A DNA stretch of 64,000 nt from Gordius albopunctatus (taxonomy: Eukaryota). The notes below the pieces were generated by a model. The model was not told the origin of the DNA, searched no databases, and worked only from the letters and a program-made list of their open reading frames with translations. The translations under genes were made by a program, and so were the position numbers. Each line of letters starts with the position of its first letter. Position 1 is the first letter of the stretch. This document shows, in pieces, positions 52,701 to 64,000 of the stretch. Location of the stretch: the NCBI GenBank assembly GCA_964276515.1, contig OZ193910.1, positions 434,001 to 498,000 of the forward strand, in the 5' to 3' direction.

Positions 52701-52859
52701 CCCAAACAAAAGACAATCGTTCTTAAAATACCTATTTTGTACCGTAGAAAACATTTTTTTCTTTTTATAAATATGATAATATCTTTATTAAATGGTATAC
52801 AAAAAAATTACATTCACGACTAAAAATAGATACAAAAAGGCGCTATAACTAAACCGATG

Positions 52860-53275
52860 GCATTGATCGGTGTTTCCATTGCTGTGATCTTTTGCCTGAT
52901 AAAAAAGTAGCTACTCTTTCAATTGTGAGGAGGAGACGCTGGCTGGAGATCGCTTTTCCAATTTGTTAGCCTAACTTTCCAATTGTGGTTGCCACTATGG
53001 GAATGAAGATTGTGTCCGCGAGGCAAGAATATTTTGTTGTCTTCCTATTCTCTGCACTGACTATGAGGTAGGGTCGGGGGGAGAGGAGATGGAAGGGGCG
53101 AATATGTCGACCGGGGTGAAGTCCCAAGTGAGATTTAGTTGACCCACGGGACCATGGGATGAGTGTGACCCCCCCCCGTCTGGTCTTTTCCCATCGGGGG
53201 TGCTAAGGCCGACGGGCTCCAAGTTGTTTGGGTAGCCAGCTTTCCTAAGGTACTGACCGAGGATTTTGTTGATTG
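52860..53275 (-). mobile_element. Decayed 3' fragment of a CRE-type (restriction-like endonuclease) non-LTR retrotransposon, a different family from the 56.5-58 kb copy
   Basis: Minus-strand peptide fragments LRKAGYPNNLEPVGLSTPDGKRPDG, TLIPWSRG, WDFTPVDIFAPS and AENRKTTKY parallel the RLE domain at 57400-57660. Confidence 0.8.
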
Positions 53276-54881
53276 CCTGTTTTATTTTAAATTTCAGAAG
53301 ATTATAATCGATTATTCGAATTGAAACTCCCCAGACATCGGCGTTATCTAGGATTTGAAGAATTTCAAATATTTCACTATTTATTAAATACGTAAAAGAA
53401 CTGTTGTTTTCTAAAAGGGGGGGGGGCAGATGCTCCTGTCCCTTTAAATTGTAAGACTGTTTATTTATAAGGCAAACTTATTCGTTGACGATTTAGCTTA
53501 GTATTTAGTTCTTAAGGATTTTGAATATAATTTTCTTACATAAATTTAAGGGTTAAGAGCTTGGAACTTTTTTTCATATATTTTCCAAATATATTAAAAT
53601 TCAAGAAACTCTAGTTCAGTCGGTTGAAAGGCAACATTTTAATAAAATGCATTAAAATTTGTCAAAGCTTTAAGGAAATCAAACAACCTGATTGACCTTA
53701 AGCTTAAATTAATTCTGGTAGGTAGTAATTTTAATATAAAATTGACATTTTTTTAGCTTTAAATAAGATGGACGAGATAAATACAGTAGTGTGGCTTTAA
53801 GGGGGCGGGTGATTTATAATAAAAATTTAAACATTTTTTGGATTTTGGGACATGGCTCTCTTCTAAAATTTGGCATATTTGGCTTTAAAGGAAGAAAAAA
53901 TAAAAATAAACCTTGGGTACAATATGGGAAACACGCAAGGGTAAAATAAGTAATTTGAAACGATTTGTGTGAAACATTGAACATAGTTTTCAATCAGTCA
54001 TTTCGTTCAATGTATTTATTTATCAAATATTGCAAAATTAAGTTATAATTTTAAATTTTTAAAAATTTATTAAATCTGTTTATAATATTTACCAATGTAA
54101 ACCCCAATCTAATGTGTCATTTATAAAAAAAATAAGGATTTTCCAGGCGAATATGAAAAACTCTGTAAATTCTTCAGAGGTGTATCGCGGTTTTTAATGT
54201 AAAAAATTGACTTTAATCCAAATCTCATGCTATTTTACATATATTATTTTATACGTGACTAGGATGTTTGCTTTTTCTAAATTTGGTAGGCCAAAGTTAA
54301 TAGAGATGGAAAGGAGATTTTAGTAGATCAAACATAATGTCCTAATGTAACGTTGACGATCAAATATTTGTCAAAGGGGGTACATGGCTCTTACTACCTT
54401 AATTTCATTAACCTTGAAATCAATATTTGCATTTCTACTTCCACTTTTCCTTGGTCCGCACATCAAAAAAATAACCCCCAAAATTGGTCTATTCTCAAGA
54501 AATTCCGCTTAAAATGCAAAAATTTACAAGTGAAACTTTTTTCCAAACTTAACCCATGGTAAAAATGTAAGGGGAAGATGTAAATATTATTATGATATAT
54601 ACATGTGGTAATTTCAAAGTGTGCCATTCACATCTAGGTGTTATATAACGGACAGACGGGATTTTAAATTTAAAAATTATTAATAAATGTTTATTATATC
54701 GGGCATAGCCAAGGGGGGCAGGGATGGGGAACTGCCACCCTTTAAATCCTAAATTTGGTGAAATTGATTAAAATTATGGCTAAAAATTTAAAATGATCAT
54801 TTTGCCCTTTCCTAAATCATTATTGACCCCCCCCCTAATCCTAATGCTGGCTACGACTATGCATTTTGTATTTTTAATCTG

Positions 54882-55728
54882 ATAAAGAAATGCAAAGTCC
54901 CTTTTTTCAACCCGAACCCGACCCGGCCACCGAAAGCGTTAAAATTTTTTCAACCGAATCCTTCCCGAAGCGAAGGCGTTTAAACGCGACAGTAAGAAAA
55001 ACTGAGGTGTGCGTGGGCATAGCCGGGGGATTGAAGGGACGGGCTGCTGCCACCCTCCTGATCCAAAAAACTGAGATATTTTATCAAATTATGGCTGAAT
55101 AAAAAAATGTTTGTTTCCCCCCCCTTAGTCATTATTCCATCCCTCTATTTTAAATTTAATCGACAAATTAAAGTGCGCCATATGAAACTAATTAATACCA
55201 TAGATTTCTATGACTAAATTTATTTGAATGATTTATTATGCAGAATATAAATATGATAGCATCTACAACATCGGGTCAAATTAATTTTGAAGTATATATA
55301 ATTTTGCAAATGAATCATTCAATAATTTCAACTTTCTTTTATCAGTTTTATCAATATATATTCATGGAGTTTAAATTAATAATGAACACTACCACTTCAC
55401 ACAATTTAAATAAAATTTAAAAATTTTATTTCGTTGATATATTTTACCCTTCACGAGTCAAATTCAAATTTGCGTCCAAATCGAAACAATCAGATAAAAA
55501 AACAAAAGGAAATTTATATCTTCAAATATACATTTATTATACATAATAGAATTAATTTAAAAGAGATGTCCCGTGTATTTTGCAATGTAAGAACCAAAAC
55601 CTTTAAGCAGACACTTTCAATCCAACCCGGCCCGACATTAAAATTTTCAACCCGAACCCGAACCGACGCAAAGCATTTTTAAATTTTCAGACAAACCCTC
55701 GGATTTCTGGTCACCCGTGCAGTTCTCT
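54882..55728. mobile_element. hAT-type non-autonomous element with acccga subterminal repeats, containing a nested family-B MITE
   Basis: Right end TGCAGTTCTCTA, degenerate left end TAAAGAAATGCA, atctga on both flanks, and acccgaacccga repeats near both ends. Confidence 0.55.
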
Positions 55729-56302
55729 AATCTGATTAAACAAAAAATAAACAAAAAAATATCCTATTATTATTAAATAATATATTATATGTGTGTTTTC
55801 TCTTATAATTAATAAGTTTAAGCCAATTTAATAGTATAAGCCGATTTTAAAAATCTTATATATATACTTGAATGAATTCAGGCAAATTTACAAAATATAA
55901 TGTTAAAACTAAAGTTTTCATAAAAAAAATCTTTCAAATTACACTAAAAGCATACACTACTTTATAGTATGTTATCTGAAAATCGAAAGACACATGATAT
56001 CAGTTTTCCTAAAAGAGTTTTATTGTCATACACTAATTGAGATAAGCATTAGAGGCCAGATTTGTTTTAGCTTTTCTGCCCAAACCCGGCACGATCCAAT
56101 TTTATAAATAAATTGCTCCCCCAAAATCACCCGAACATTTTTAACTCGAATTATTAGAGTTGACTCAACGGCCCGGCGAGATTTGATAAAATTTAATTTT
56201 TTTGATAATAATTCGTTATATTTTTCAAAAATATTAGTTTTTTTTAAAAACAATAACTACGATTAATAAATATTATACTTCAATAATAAACAAATTACAT
56301 TT

Positions 56303-56530
56303 TACAGCAGAAAGCTTGGGCGTCCTCCACAAACGACACAGCATAACCCGCCCGTAAAATGTAATAAAAAACTGGATTACTGCCCGACTCACAACCAAAG
56401 CGGTTAAGGATATTAGTTGTGGAAAGAATGCGTAAAGTGCTGCTGGTGCGTTAACGGGAAGAGCGTCAAAGTCGCACAAATGCGAAAAAAAGAAAGTACA
56501 CATCGCCTGCCTAAAAGAGATGAGGAACAA
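56303..56530 (+). mobile_element. Decayed 5' end (UTR plus start of the APE endonuclease) of an RTE-type element
   Basis: With frameshifts it reads GALTGKSVKVAQMRKKKVHIACLKEMR, which matches the typical start of RTE APE domains. A GC-richer UTR-like stretch precedes it. Confidence 0.5.
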
Positions 56531-57967
56531 TATTGTGATTACTCATTATATCCACACATTACCCCTTTTTTAGCAATCGAGAAAGACGCTATGTGCCATC
56601 TTGGATCGCCTATAGGTGGTAGAGTTGGACTCGCAACTTATTTGGACAAAAATCTCTCTATTTTAAACTCAAAATTAGATCTCTTAAAGTGTTTGCCTTC
56701 ACACCACGCTTTTTACATAATGAAAAACTATTTTAATATTTCAAAAATTCAACACTGTTTTCGCTCTTCTAGTGCTTTTTTACACTCGGAAACTTTAAAC
56801 CTCTTCGAACAGAATATTAAATCTATTTTACAATCTATTTTAAATATAAAGTGAAATACTCATAGCTGGTTACAAGCTTCCCTACCAACCAAATCGGGTG
56901 GTTTAGGGATTCGCTCACCTGCCGCAATATCTCTAGTCTCGTTTATTTCATCTTACAAATCGGTACAAGATACCATTTTTAAGTTGTATCCTGTTAAAGA
57001 AGACCCGCTTTTACCCATTGCTTTAGCTATTTGGGAAAACAATACCAATCCCGGAACACCTTTGCCACAAACCTCACGACAAAAAGATTGGGATGCCGGA
57101 CTTGTGTTGCGCTCCGTTGATTATCTAATTTTGAGTAGCGATGCATGTCAGTGTTATAATATAAGGTCGTTTTTGTTTGATGGCTCAGGTCAGGAATGGC
57201 TAGAGGTCTACCCAAGGTCTCTCACCGGGATGATGCTGGAGGACTCGGAACTTTCGTACTCCATAGCTCTCAGGCTAGGGGTAAAATTTTCGAAGCCATT
57301 TATTTGGCGAAATTGCAGCATACTCGTAGACGAACAAGCCAGGCATCCCTTACACTGCCTGGCAAACAAATTCAAATATGTTAGACACAATAAGGCCAAT
57401 ACCTTAATTCAAAGTGCACTGAAGAGAGCAAATATCCCATTCATCTTGGAGCCATCGGACCCCTCCTTGGAGGGACGTATGCGTCCTGATGAATCTTCTT
57501 TAGTCCCATGGAGCAATGGTCTTCACCTTAAATGGGACTTCACGTGTATTGACCTATTTGCCCCCTCTAACTACAACAATGATTCTTTAGCTGTCGCAGA
57601 GGGGCGGAAAATTAATAAATACAAAGCCCTATTATCCTCAAACATTTTTATTTCATTGGTTGCTTCGTGTTCAGGCACCTTTGACAAACAGGCCTTAGCC
57701 TTTTTCAAAGAGGTAGGAAGACGTTCTCCCCCGTCTAAACATTCGGTATCCTTTTTACTTAAACAACGACTTGGTATTCTTATAGCCAAGTACAATTTTA
57801 AATCGTTCGCGGATTCTTGGCCAATTTCGGAAGATCCCCTCGATGATGATATATTAGAATAGTGTATTATTTTATTTGACGCATTTTGTCTTTTATATTT
57901 TATGTATTTATATTACATTACTGTCAACGGATTTTTAACAAATAAACTTTTTAATAATAAAAAAAAA
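56530..57967 (+). mobile_element. 5'-truncated CRE-type non-LTR retrotransposon (RT C-terminus, Zn knuckle remnant, RLE endonuclease, poly(A))
   Basis: LGSPIGG, LPTKSGGLGIRS, IALRLG, C...HPLHC, RHNKAN, MRPD, WDFTCID and AEGRKINKY motifs; stop at 57862; AATAAA and an A-rich tail to 57967. Confidence 0.88.
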
Positions 57968-57976
57968 TCATATCCT

Positions 57977-58535
57977 ATTTTTTAAAGAGGTAGGAAGACG
58001 TTCTCCCCCGTCTAAACATTTTGTATCCTTTTTACTTAAACAACGACTTGGTATTCTTATAGCCAAGTACAATTTTAAATCGTTCGCGGATTCTTGGCCG
58101 ATTTCGGAAGATCCCCTCGATGGTGATATATTAGAATAGTGTATTATTTTATATGACGCAAATGGTATACATGGAAATGAACGGTACAAGCACCCCATCG
58201 CTGGATGACCACCTAAAATACCCAAAAGTAGACAGGTTTAATTACCTCGGCTCCATGCTACATCAAGAGGGAGGTTGCGCAACTGAAATCAATGCCCGGA
58301 TTCAAAAAGGATGGCTTAAATGGCGAAGTATATCCGGTGTAATGTGCGACAAGAAAATGCCAATATGGTTGAAGAGCAAAGCTTACGAATCCATCGTAAG
58401 ACCGGTGTTACTCTATGGAAGTGATACATGGGCATTAAACACCACGGAAGGAAAACTATTACAAGCCACGGAGATGAGAATGATACGGTGGAGCTTGGGG
58501 TATACTAAGCTCCACCATATGACGAATAACTTATC
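57977..58535 (+). repeat. Composite local duplication: ~180 bp of the CRE 3' end fused to ~370 bp of internal RTE sequence
   Basis: 57977-58160 repeats ~57700-57883 with a few mismatches; 58160-58532 appears identical to ~59568-59940. Confidence 0.9.
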
Positions 58536-58537
58536 AT

Positions 58538-60243
58538 AAAGGGGACGATAGGCTTATGTACAAATTGGCCAAGATAAGGGAGAAGAAAAGTCGAGATGTT
58601 GGAGTTCTTAAAATAGTCAAAAGCGAGAAGGGTCAAACCTTATTCAAGCCGAAGGAAGTGATGGAAAGGTGGAAAAGATATTTTAAGAAACTTATGAATA
58701 TTGCAAATGACAAGGATTCCCTTCCCGAAATTGAGCCAAATATAAGTATGGTCGAAATCTTTCAGAAGGATGAAGTTAGGACACAAATGAACAAGATGCA
58801 AAAAGGAAAAGCAAATGGCCCAGATGGAATACCTATGGAAGCATTGCTCGGATGTCGTGAAGTAGGAGTCACCACCATGACGAACCTCCTTAACAAGATA
58901 TTGGTAGAAGAGCGAATCCCTAATCAATGGAGAGCAAGCACGATTATACCCTTATTCAAAGGAAAAGGAGACCCTCAGGACTGCGGAAATTACAGAGGTA
59001 TCAAGCTAACTTGCCACTCCTTGAAGCTTTTGGAAAGGATCATAGTAACAAGGCTGAAAAACGAGGTGGAAATATCGGCTAATCAATTCGGATTCGTGGC
59101 CGGCAAATCCACAATCGACCCAATCTTCGCCCTAAGACAAATGATGGATAAGTATGGTGAAAAGAGGAAAGACCTACATATGGTTTTTATCGACTTGGAG
59201 AAAGCTTATGACACGGTCCCTCGCGATTTAATATGGTGGTGCCTGAGGAAACAAAATATCCCTGACGCATATATACGGCTTATGAAAAATATCTATGAAG
59301 CCTCAAACTCTTGCGTTAGGACGACAGTTGGAGACTCTAAACCTTTTCGGGTTAATATTGGATTACATCAAGGCTCTGCTTTAAGTCCCTTTTTATTAAA
59401 TATAATTATAGACACGATAACGAGGGACTTTCAAAAGCCATCGCCATGGTGTATGCTATATGCCGATGATATAGTACTATGCGAGGAAACAAGGAAGAAG
59501 GTATTCGAAGAAGCAGAAAAGTGGTCAAAGCGTTTAGCTGTATATGGTTTAAAGGTCAACGATCGAAAAATGGTATACATGGAAATGAACGGTACAAGCA
59601 CCCCATCGCTGGATGACCACCTAAAATACCCAAAAGTAGACAGGTTTAATTACCTCGGCTCCATGCTACATCAAGAGGGAGGTTGCGCAACTGAAATCAA
59701 TGCCCGGATTCAAAAAGGATGGCTTAAATGGCGAAGTATATCCGGTGTAATGTGCGACAAGAAAATGCCAATATGGTTGAAGAGCAAAGCTTACGAATCC
59801 ATCGTAAGACCGGTGTTACTCTATGGAAGTGATACATGGGCATTAAACACCACGGAAGGAAAACTATTACAAGCCACGGAGATGAGAATGATACGGTGGA
59901 GCTTGGGGTATACTAAGCTCCACCATATGACGAATAACTTTCTCATGAAAAAAATAGGTATTCAACCTATGGCGGACATGATTAACGAAAATCGGCTAAG
60001 GTGGTATGGGCATATACTAAGAAGGGACCCGGATGACGTAAATCGAAAAGTGCTAGACATGAAAATACCGGGGAAGAGAGGAAGAGGACGACCCCATGTC
60101 ACGTGGAAAAGGCAAGTCGATAAAGTTATGGAAACTAAAGAGATTAGTCAAGACATGGCACTAACCCGGTCAAGATGGAAGAGACTCATCAAAACAAACC
60201 CCACCAATATGGGACCAAATAACTGATAAAGAAGAAGAAGAAG
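58538..60243 (+). mobile_element. RTE-clade non-LTR retrotransposon, 5'-truncated, with an uninterrupted RT ORF (58556-60226)
   Basis: KANGPDGIP, NYRGIKL, QFGF, FIDLEKAYD, GLHQGSALSP, LYADD, YLGS, RLRWYGH and GRGRP motifs; (GAA)n tail at 60230-60243; no APE domain attached. Confidence 0.96.
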
Positions 60244-60367
60244 AGTGCTTACTAACTCTCTTTGTAATAATAAGGACATATAAAATAAGGTATCAAATTT
60301 AATTTTTTGTAGATTGAAAAGAAAGATGTATTAGGTTTTTATGAACACACATTAGTGTGATAAGTAC

Positions 60368-61600
60368 TAGAGACCTGCAACGGTCCTGTTTAGGTCAGTC
60401 GGCCTGGCCCGCTAATTAATTGCAAAGCCCGGCCCGGGCCCGTATACAAAATTTTTTAGTTTGCTAATTTCTGTTGGATTTTAATTTTTTTATTTAAATA
60501 AATCAATATATCTATATATTACAAATATTAATAATAATCATGTAAAAAGAATAAATCATCAATTATCTCGGGTCTCAAGCGAGTTCTTCTTTCTTCAATC
60601 AATCGACCCGCAGTTGAAAAATTTCTTTCACTAGTGACACTTGTGGCACGAATCTAAATGAGATAGTTTTTGATACCTAATTTAAGGTTGAATTGATATT
60701 AATAACATTTACTTCGCTTCTTTGGCTTTCCACCATTTTATAAGATCAAAACATTCAGGATCTACATATTCTTCAAGATATTGATTAAATTCATTTGTTG
60801 ATGAAGGTATGCTTTCATTATCCTCCAATTCCGAAAATACGGATTTAGATTTTTTATCTAAAATATTACTAAAATTTTGTCTTAAAATTTAAAATCTTAC
60901 CTTGAGACATACTATTGTCATTTTCTGTATTCTCGGAAGAACTAACTTATTGAGTAAAATCATCGCGATCTATAAGACTTTTTATTTCTTCATAAGTCTC
61001 CCTTTTCTCTTGAGTAGTAGCCATTTTCATGTGTTTAAATTTGGGTTGAAGCGCCGTAGCCATTCTATGCAAGGAATGGATGGTATATTTTTTATTAATC
61101 AATTCTTTAATTTTATTTTTAATATTTCTAATGGTATAGTCATCTGTCCACATGTATGTGGTTGCCGAACACAATCCCCTTTCCACATATGATATTACTT
61201 CTAGTAAAATTAGGTCTTACAGCAATGGCAGACGGCTTGACATGCCTGACTACAGTAGTTCGATGAGGCATTATGTCCTCTATCTTCACTTGTCCAACTA
61301 TTGAAACACTATCCATCAGAAATTGGCAAAAATATTTTATCCTTCTTTGGCAAAAGCTTCAAAGGGTCTTAAATCTTTGGCACAAAATTTAATTGCCTCA
61401 TCTATTATTTTGGTTTTTAGGAGTTTTGCTTTTTTTGTATCCAAATCCATCACCCTAACAAATTGATCCATCGTTCCAGACTTTGATTCATTGCTAGTAG
61501 CACATTTATGTCTTTTAAGATGGGATGTTCCATCAGATGGTTTGTAGGATAAATACTTTTTGCAAGTTTTTTGTCATTTTCATCCACTGGTATATCAAAC
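60368..61600 (-). mobile_element. Hermes/hobo-like hAT transposon, internally deleted and decayed
   Basis: TIR TAGAGACCTGCA at 60368 with ggccc subterminal repeats. Minus-strand pieces: BED finger end (CKKYLSYKPSDGTSHLKRHKC), AKDLRPFE, MPHRTTV, MWTDDY, and the C-terminal dimerisation motif (KWWK...ATSVTSERNFSTAGRLIEERRTRLRPE). Most of the catalytic core is missing and the other end was not found. Confidence 0.85.
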
Positions 61601-62879
61601 TTTAATTAAACTATTTTGCAACGGGTATTTAGCGTGCCTCAGTTTAATCTAGGCCCGGCCCGAGCGCGTTAGGGAATTGAACGGCCCGTCCAGACCCGGC
61701 CCGTTTATTTTTTTTAAACCTAAAGTCCGGCCCGCAACTCCTCAAACTAATTAAATGAATTTTGATCACCTAAATTAATATTAAAATTTTTAATACACTT
61801 AATGTTAGACAACAGAATCTAAATTAACTTTTTAAAAGTATAACCAATCTTTAAAAGATTGTCAATCAATCATAATGCATACAAAGTCTTATAAAATATC
61901 AAAACAATAATATTAAATGTTTTATTGTATAAAGCTAACAATATATATAAATTTGCTCCAGATTTTATAAATTTTCATGTACAAGTAGATATTAAACATT
62001 GCACCCAAATCTGGCTTCTTTAATTAATTACAAGTAATAATTTTAAACATTAGTGTACTAAAAGGTTTATTGTAAAACTTTAACAAATTAAATTAATAAT
62101 GTGATGCATTAAATTATAAGCAACTTGTATTTGATTAAAATCCGCGGGGGAGGTTTTAGGCACATTAACGTCATCGTTAGAATATGAGCTGAAAATGTGT
62201 CAATATTGACAAAATAAGGTACTAAACTATATTGAACGCTTTTATTAAAATGTTAATAAAAATTGTTAGTAAATTAAAGGACAGAGACGATGATTAATTT
62301 TATATTAAATATTATACAATTTTTATCAAAAACATTAAGGTTAACGTTATGAAAACGAAAGTTATACATTAAATAATACAAATATAAAGAAATCTTGAAT
62401 ATGTGCATTGTCGAATATAAATTTCATGATATTGAGATGAAATTTAAAACTTAGCAGCTCTATTCCTTAACTCTCTTTGATATCATTCCAAATAAGATGA
62501 TTTCAGGTTTTTTAATGGATTCATATAGAAGATAATTATTAGTTTATTGCAAAGATTTTCAAAGTCTTTACAGCTAGTGTCTTAATCACTAATAAAAAAT
62601 CCAGGGTAGAATTAATTTTAAAATAAATAGTATAAAAATATATACCATGGTAGATGGGGACTAACCTTGAAGTTTACATAGTTTTTTGATCTTATTTTCT
62701 AAACTATTAGGAATGCACCAATCAGAGACCATAAAAACTCGGCTCGGATCACTTTCCGGCCTGTCACATAAAGCTCACGGGCAGATTTTGGTCTGAGAAA
62801 CTGTCATAAATTAAAATTTTTGGGGTGCCCGGGCGGGAACCATAACCAGATTCGGGCAACTCGCATTTAATGAGATTCT

Positions 62880-64000
62880 TATCTCTTCTCCTTCTTTATC
62901 AATTATTATTTGGTCCCCTAGTGCTTAGGTTTTTTTTGACGAGTTTTTTTTCCATCTGGATAGGGTAGGTACCATGCCTTAATTAATCTTTTTTGTTTTT
63001 ATAACTTTATCGACTTGCCCCCTCCACGTGATACGTCTCTTCCTCTCTTCCCCCGTAAATCCATGTCCAGAACTTTTCGATTTATATCATTCCTCTTTTT
63101 TCTTAGTATATGCTCATAGCACCTTAGCCGATTCTCGTTAATCCGACAGGTTAATTACCAATTTTTTTCATGAGAAAGTTATTCGTCATATGGTGGAGCT
63201 TAGTATACCCCAAGCTCCACCGTATCATTCTCATCTCCGTGGCTTGTAATAGTTTTCCTTCCGTGGTGTTTAATGCCCATGTATCACTTCCATAGAGTAA
63301 CACCGGTCTTACGATGGATTCGTAAGCTTTGCTCTTCAACCATATTGGCATTTTCTTGTCGCACATTACACCGGATATACTTCGCCATTTAAGCCATCCT
63401 TTTTGAATCCGGGCATTGATTTCAGTTGCGCAACCTCCCTCTTGATGTAGCATGGAGCCGAGGTAATTAAACCTGTCTACTTTTGGGTATTTTAGGTGGT
63501 CATCCAGCGATGGGGTGCTTGTACCGTTCATTTCCATGTATACCATTTTTCGATCGTTGACCTTTAAACCATATACAGCTAAACGCTTTGACCACTTTTC
63601 TGCTTCTTCGAATACCTTCTTCCTTGTTTCCTCGCATAGTACTATATCATCGGCATATAGCATACACCATGGCGATGGCTTTTGAAAGTCCCTCGTTATC
63701 GTGTCTATAATTATATTTAATAAAAAGGGACTTAAAGCAGAGCCTTGATGTAATCCAATATTAACCCGAAAAGGTTTAGAGTCTCCAACTGTCGTCCTAA
63801 CGCAAGAGTTTGAGGCTTCATAGATATTTTTCATAAGCCGTATATATGCGTCAGGGATATTTTGTTTCCTCAGGCACCACCATATTAAATCGCGAGGGAC
63901 CGTGTCATAAGCTTTCTCCAAGTCGATAAAAACCATATGTAGGTCTTTCCTCTTTTCACCATACTTATCCATCATTTGTCTTAGGGCGAAGATTGGGTCG
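62880..64000 (-). mobile_element. Second RTE copy in inverted orientation, running off the window end
   Basis: ~63162-64000 appears identical to the reverse complement of ~59115-59954; 62880-63160 is a diverged RTE 3' end with a degenerate GAA-like tail. Confidence 0.95.

Noticed and set aside
56303..56400. HDV-like ribozyme at the RTE 5' end
   Set aside because: A tcctcc loop-like motif is present, but I could not build the nested double pseudoknot by eye.

Overview
AT-rich animal genomic DNA with spliceosomal genes and many short introns. The astacin-EGF-CUB-TSP1 architecture suggests a nematode or a related ecdysozoan worm (inference). Host genes: the 3' part of an unrecognised multi-exon gene (minus, ends at 167); an astacin-EGF-CUB-TSP1 gene whose zinc-binding/catalytic motif is completely substituted; two small unrecognised multi-exon genes or pseudogenes; RBM34/Nop12; an antistasin-like exon; and FoxA (fork head/pha-4 class) in a gene-poor neighbourhood. 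Mobile DNA is dense: a MULE with foldback-type ends, a non-autonomous piggyBac, a Helitron with both termini intact and a nested hAT MITE, a Hermes-like hAT deletion derivative, several MITE families, and RTE and CRE-type non-LTR retrotransposon pieces. The most unusual object is a ~2.95 kb GC-rich retroelement (34843-37795). It has an ORF1 with a basic tail overlapping a DIRS/hepadnavirus-like RT-RNase H ORF. It shows no integrase, tyrosine recombinase, endonuclease, LTRs or poly(A). It carries two tandem bulged stem-loops at its right end, and its ends would join into a short palindromic circle junction just upstream of ORF1. All gene models were spliced by eye and no database searches were run.
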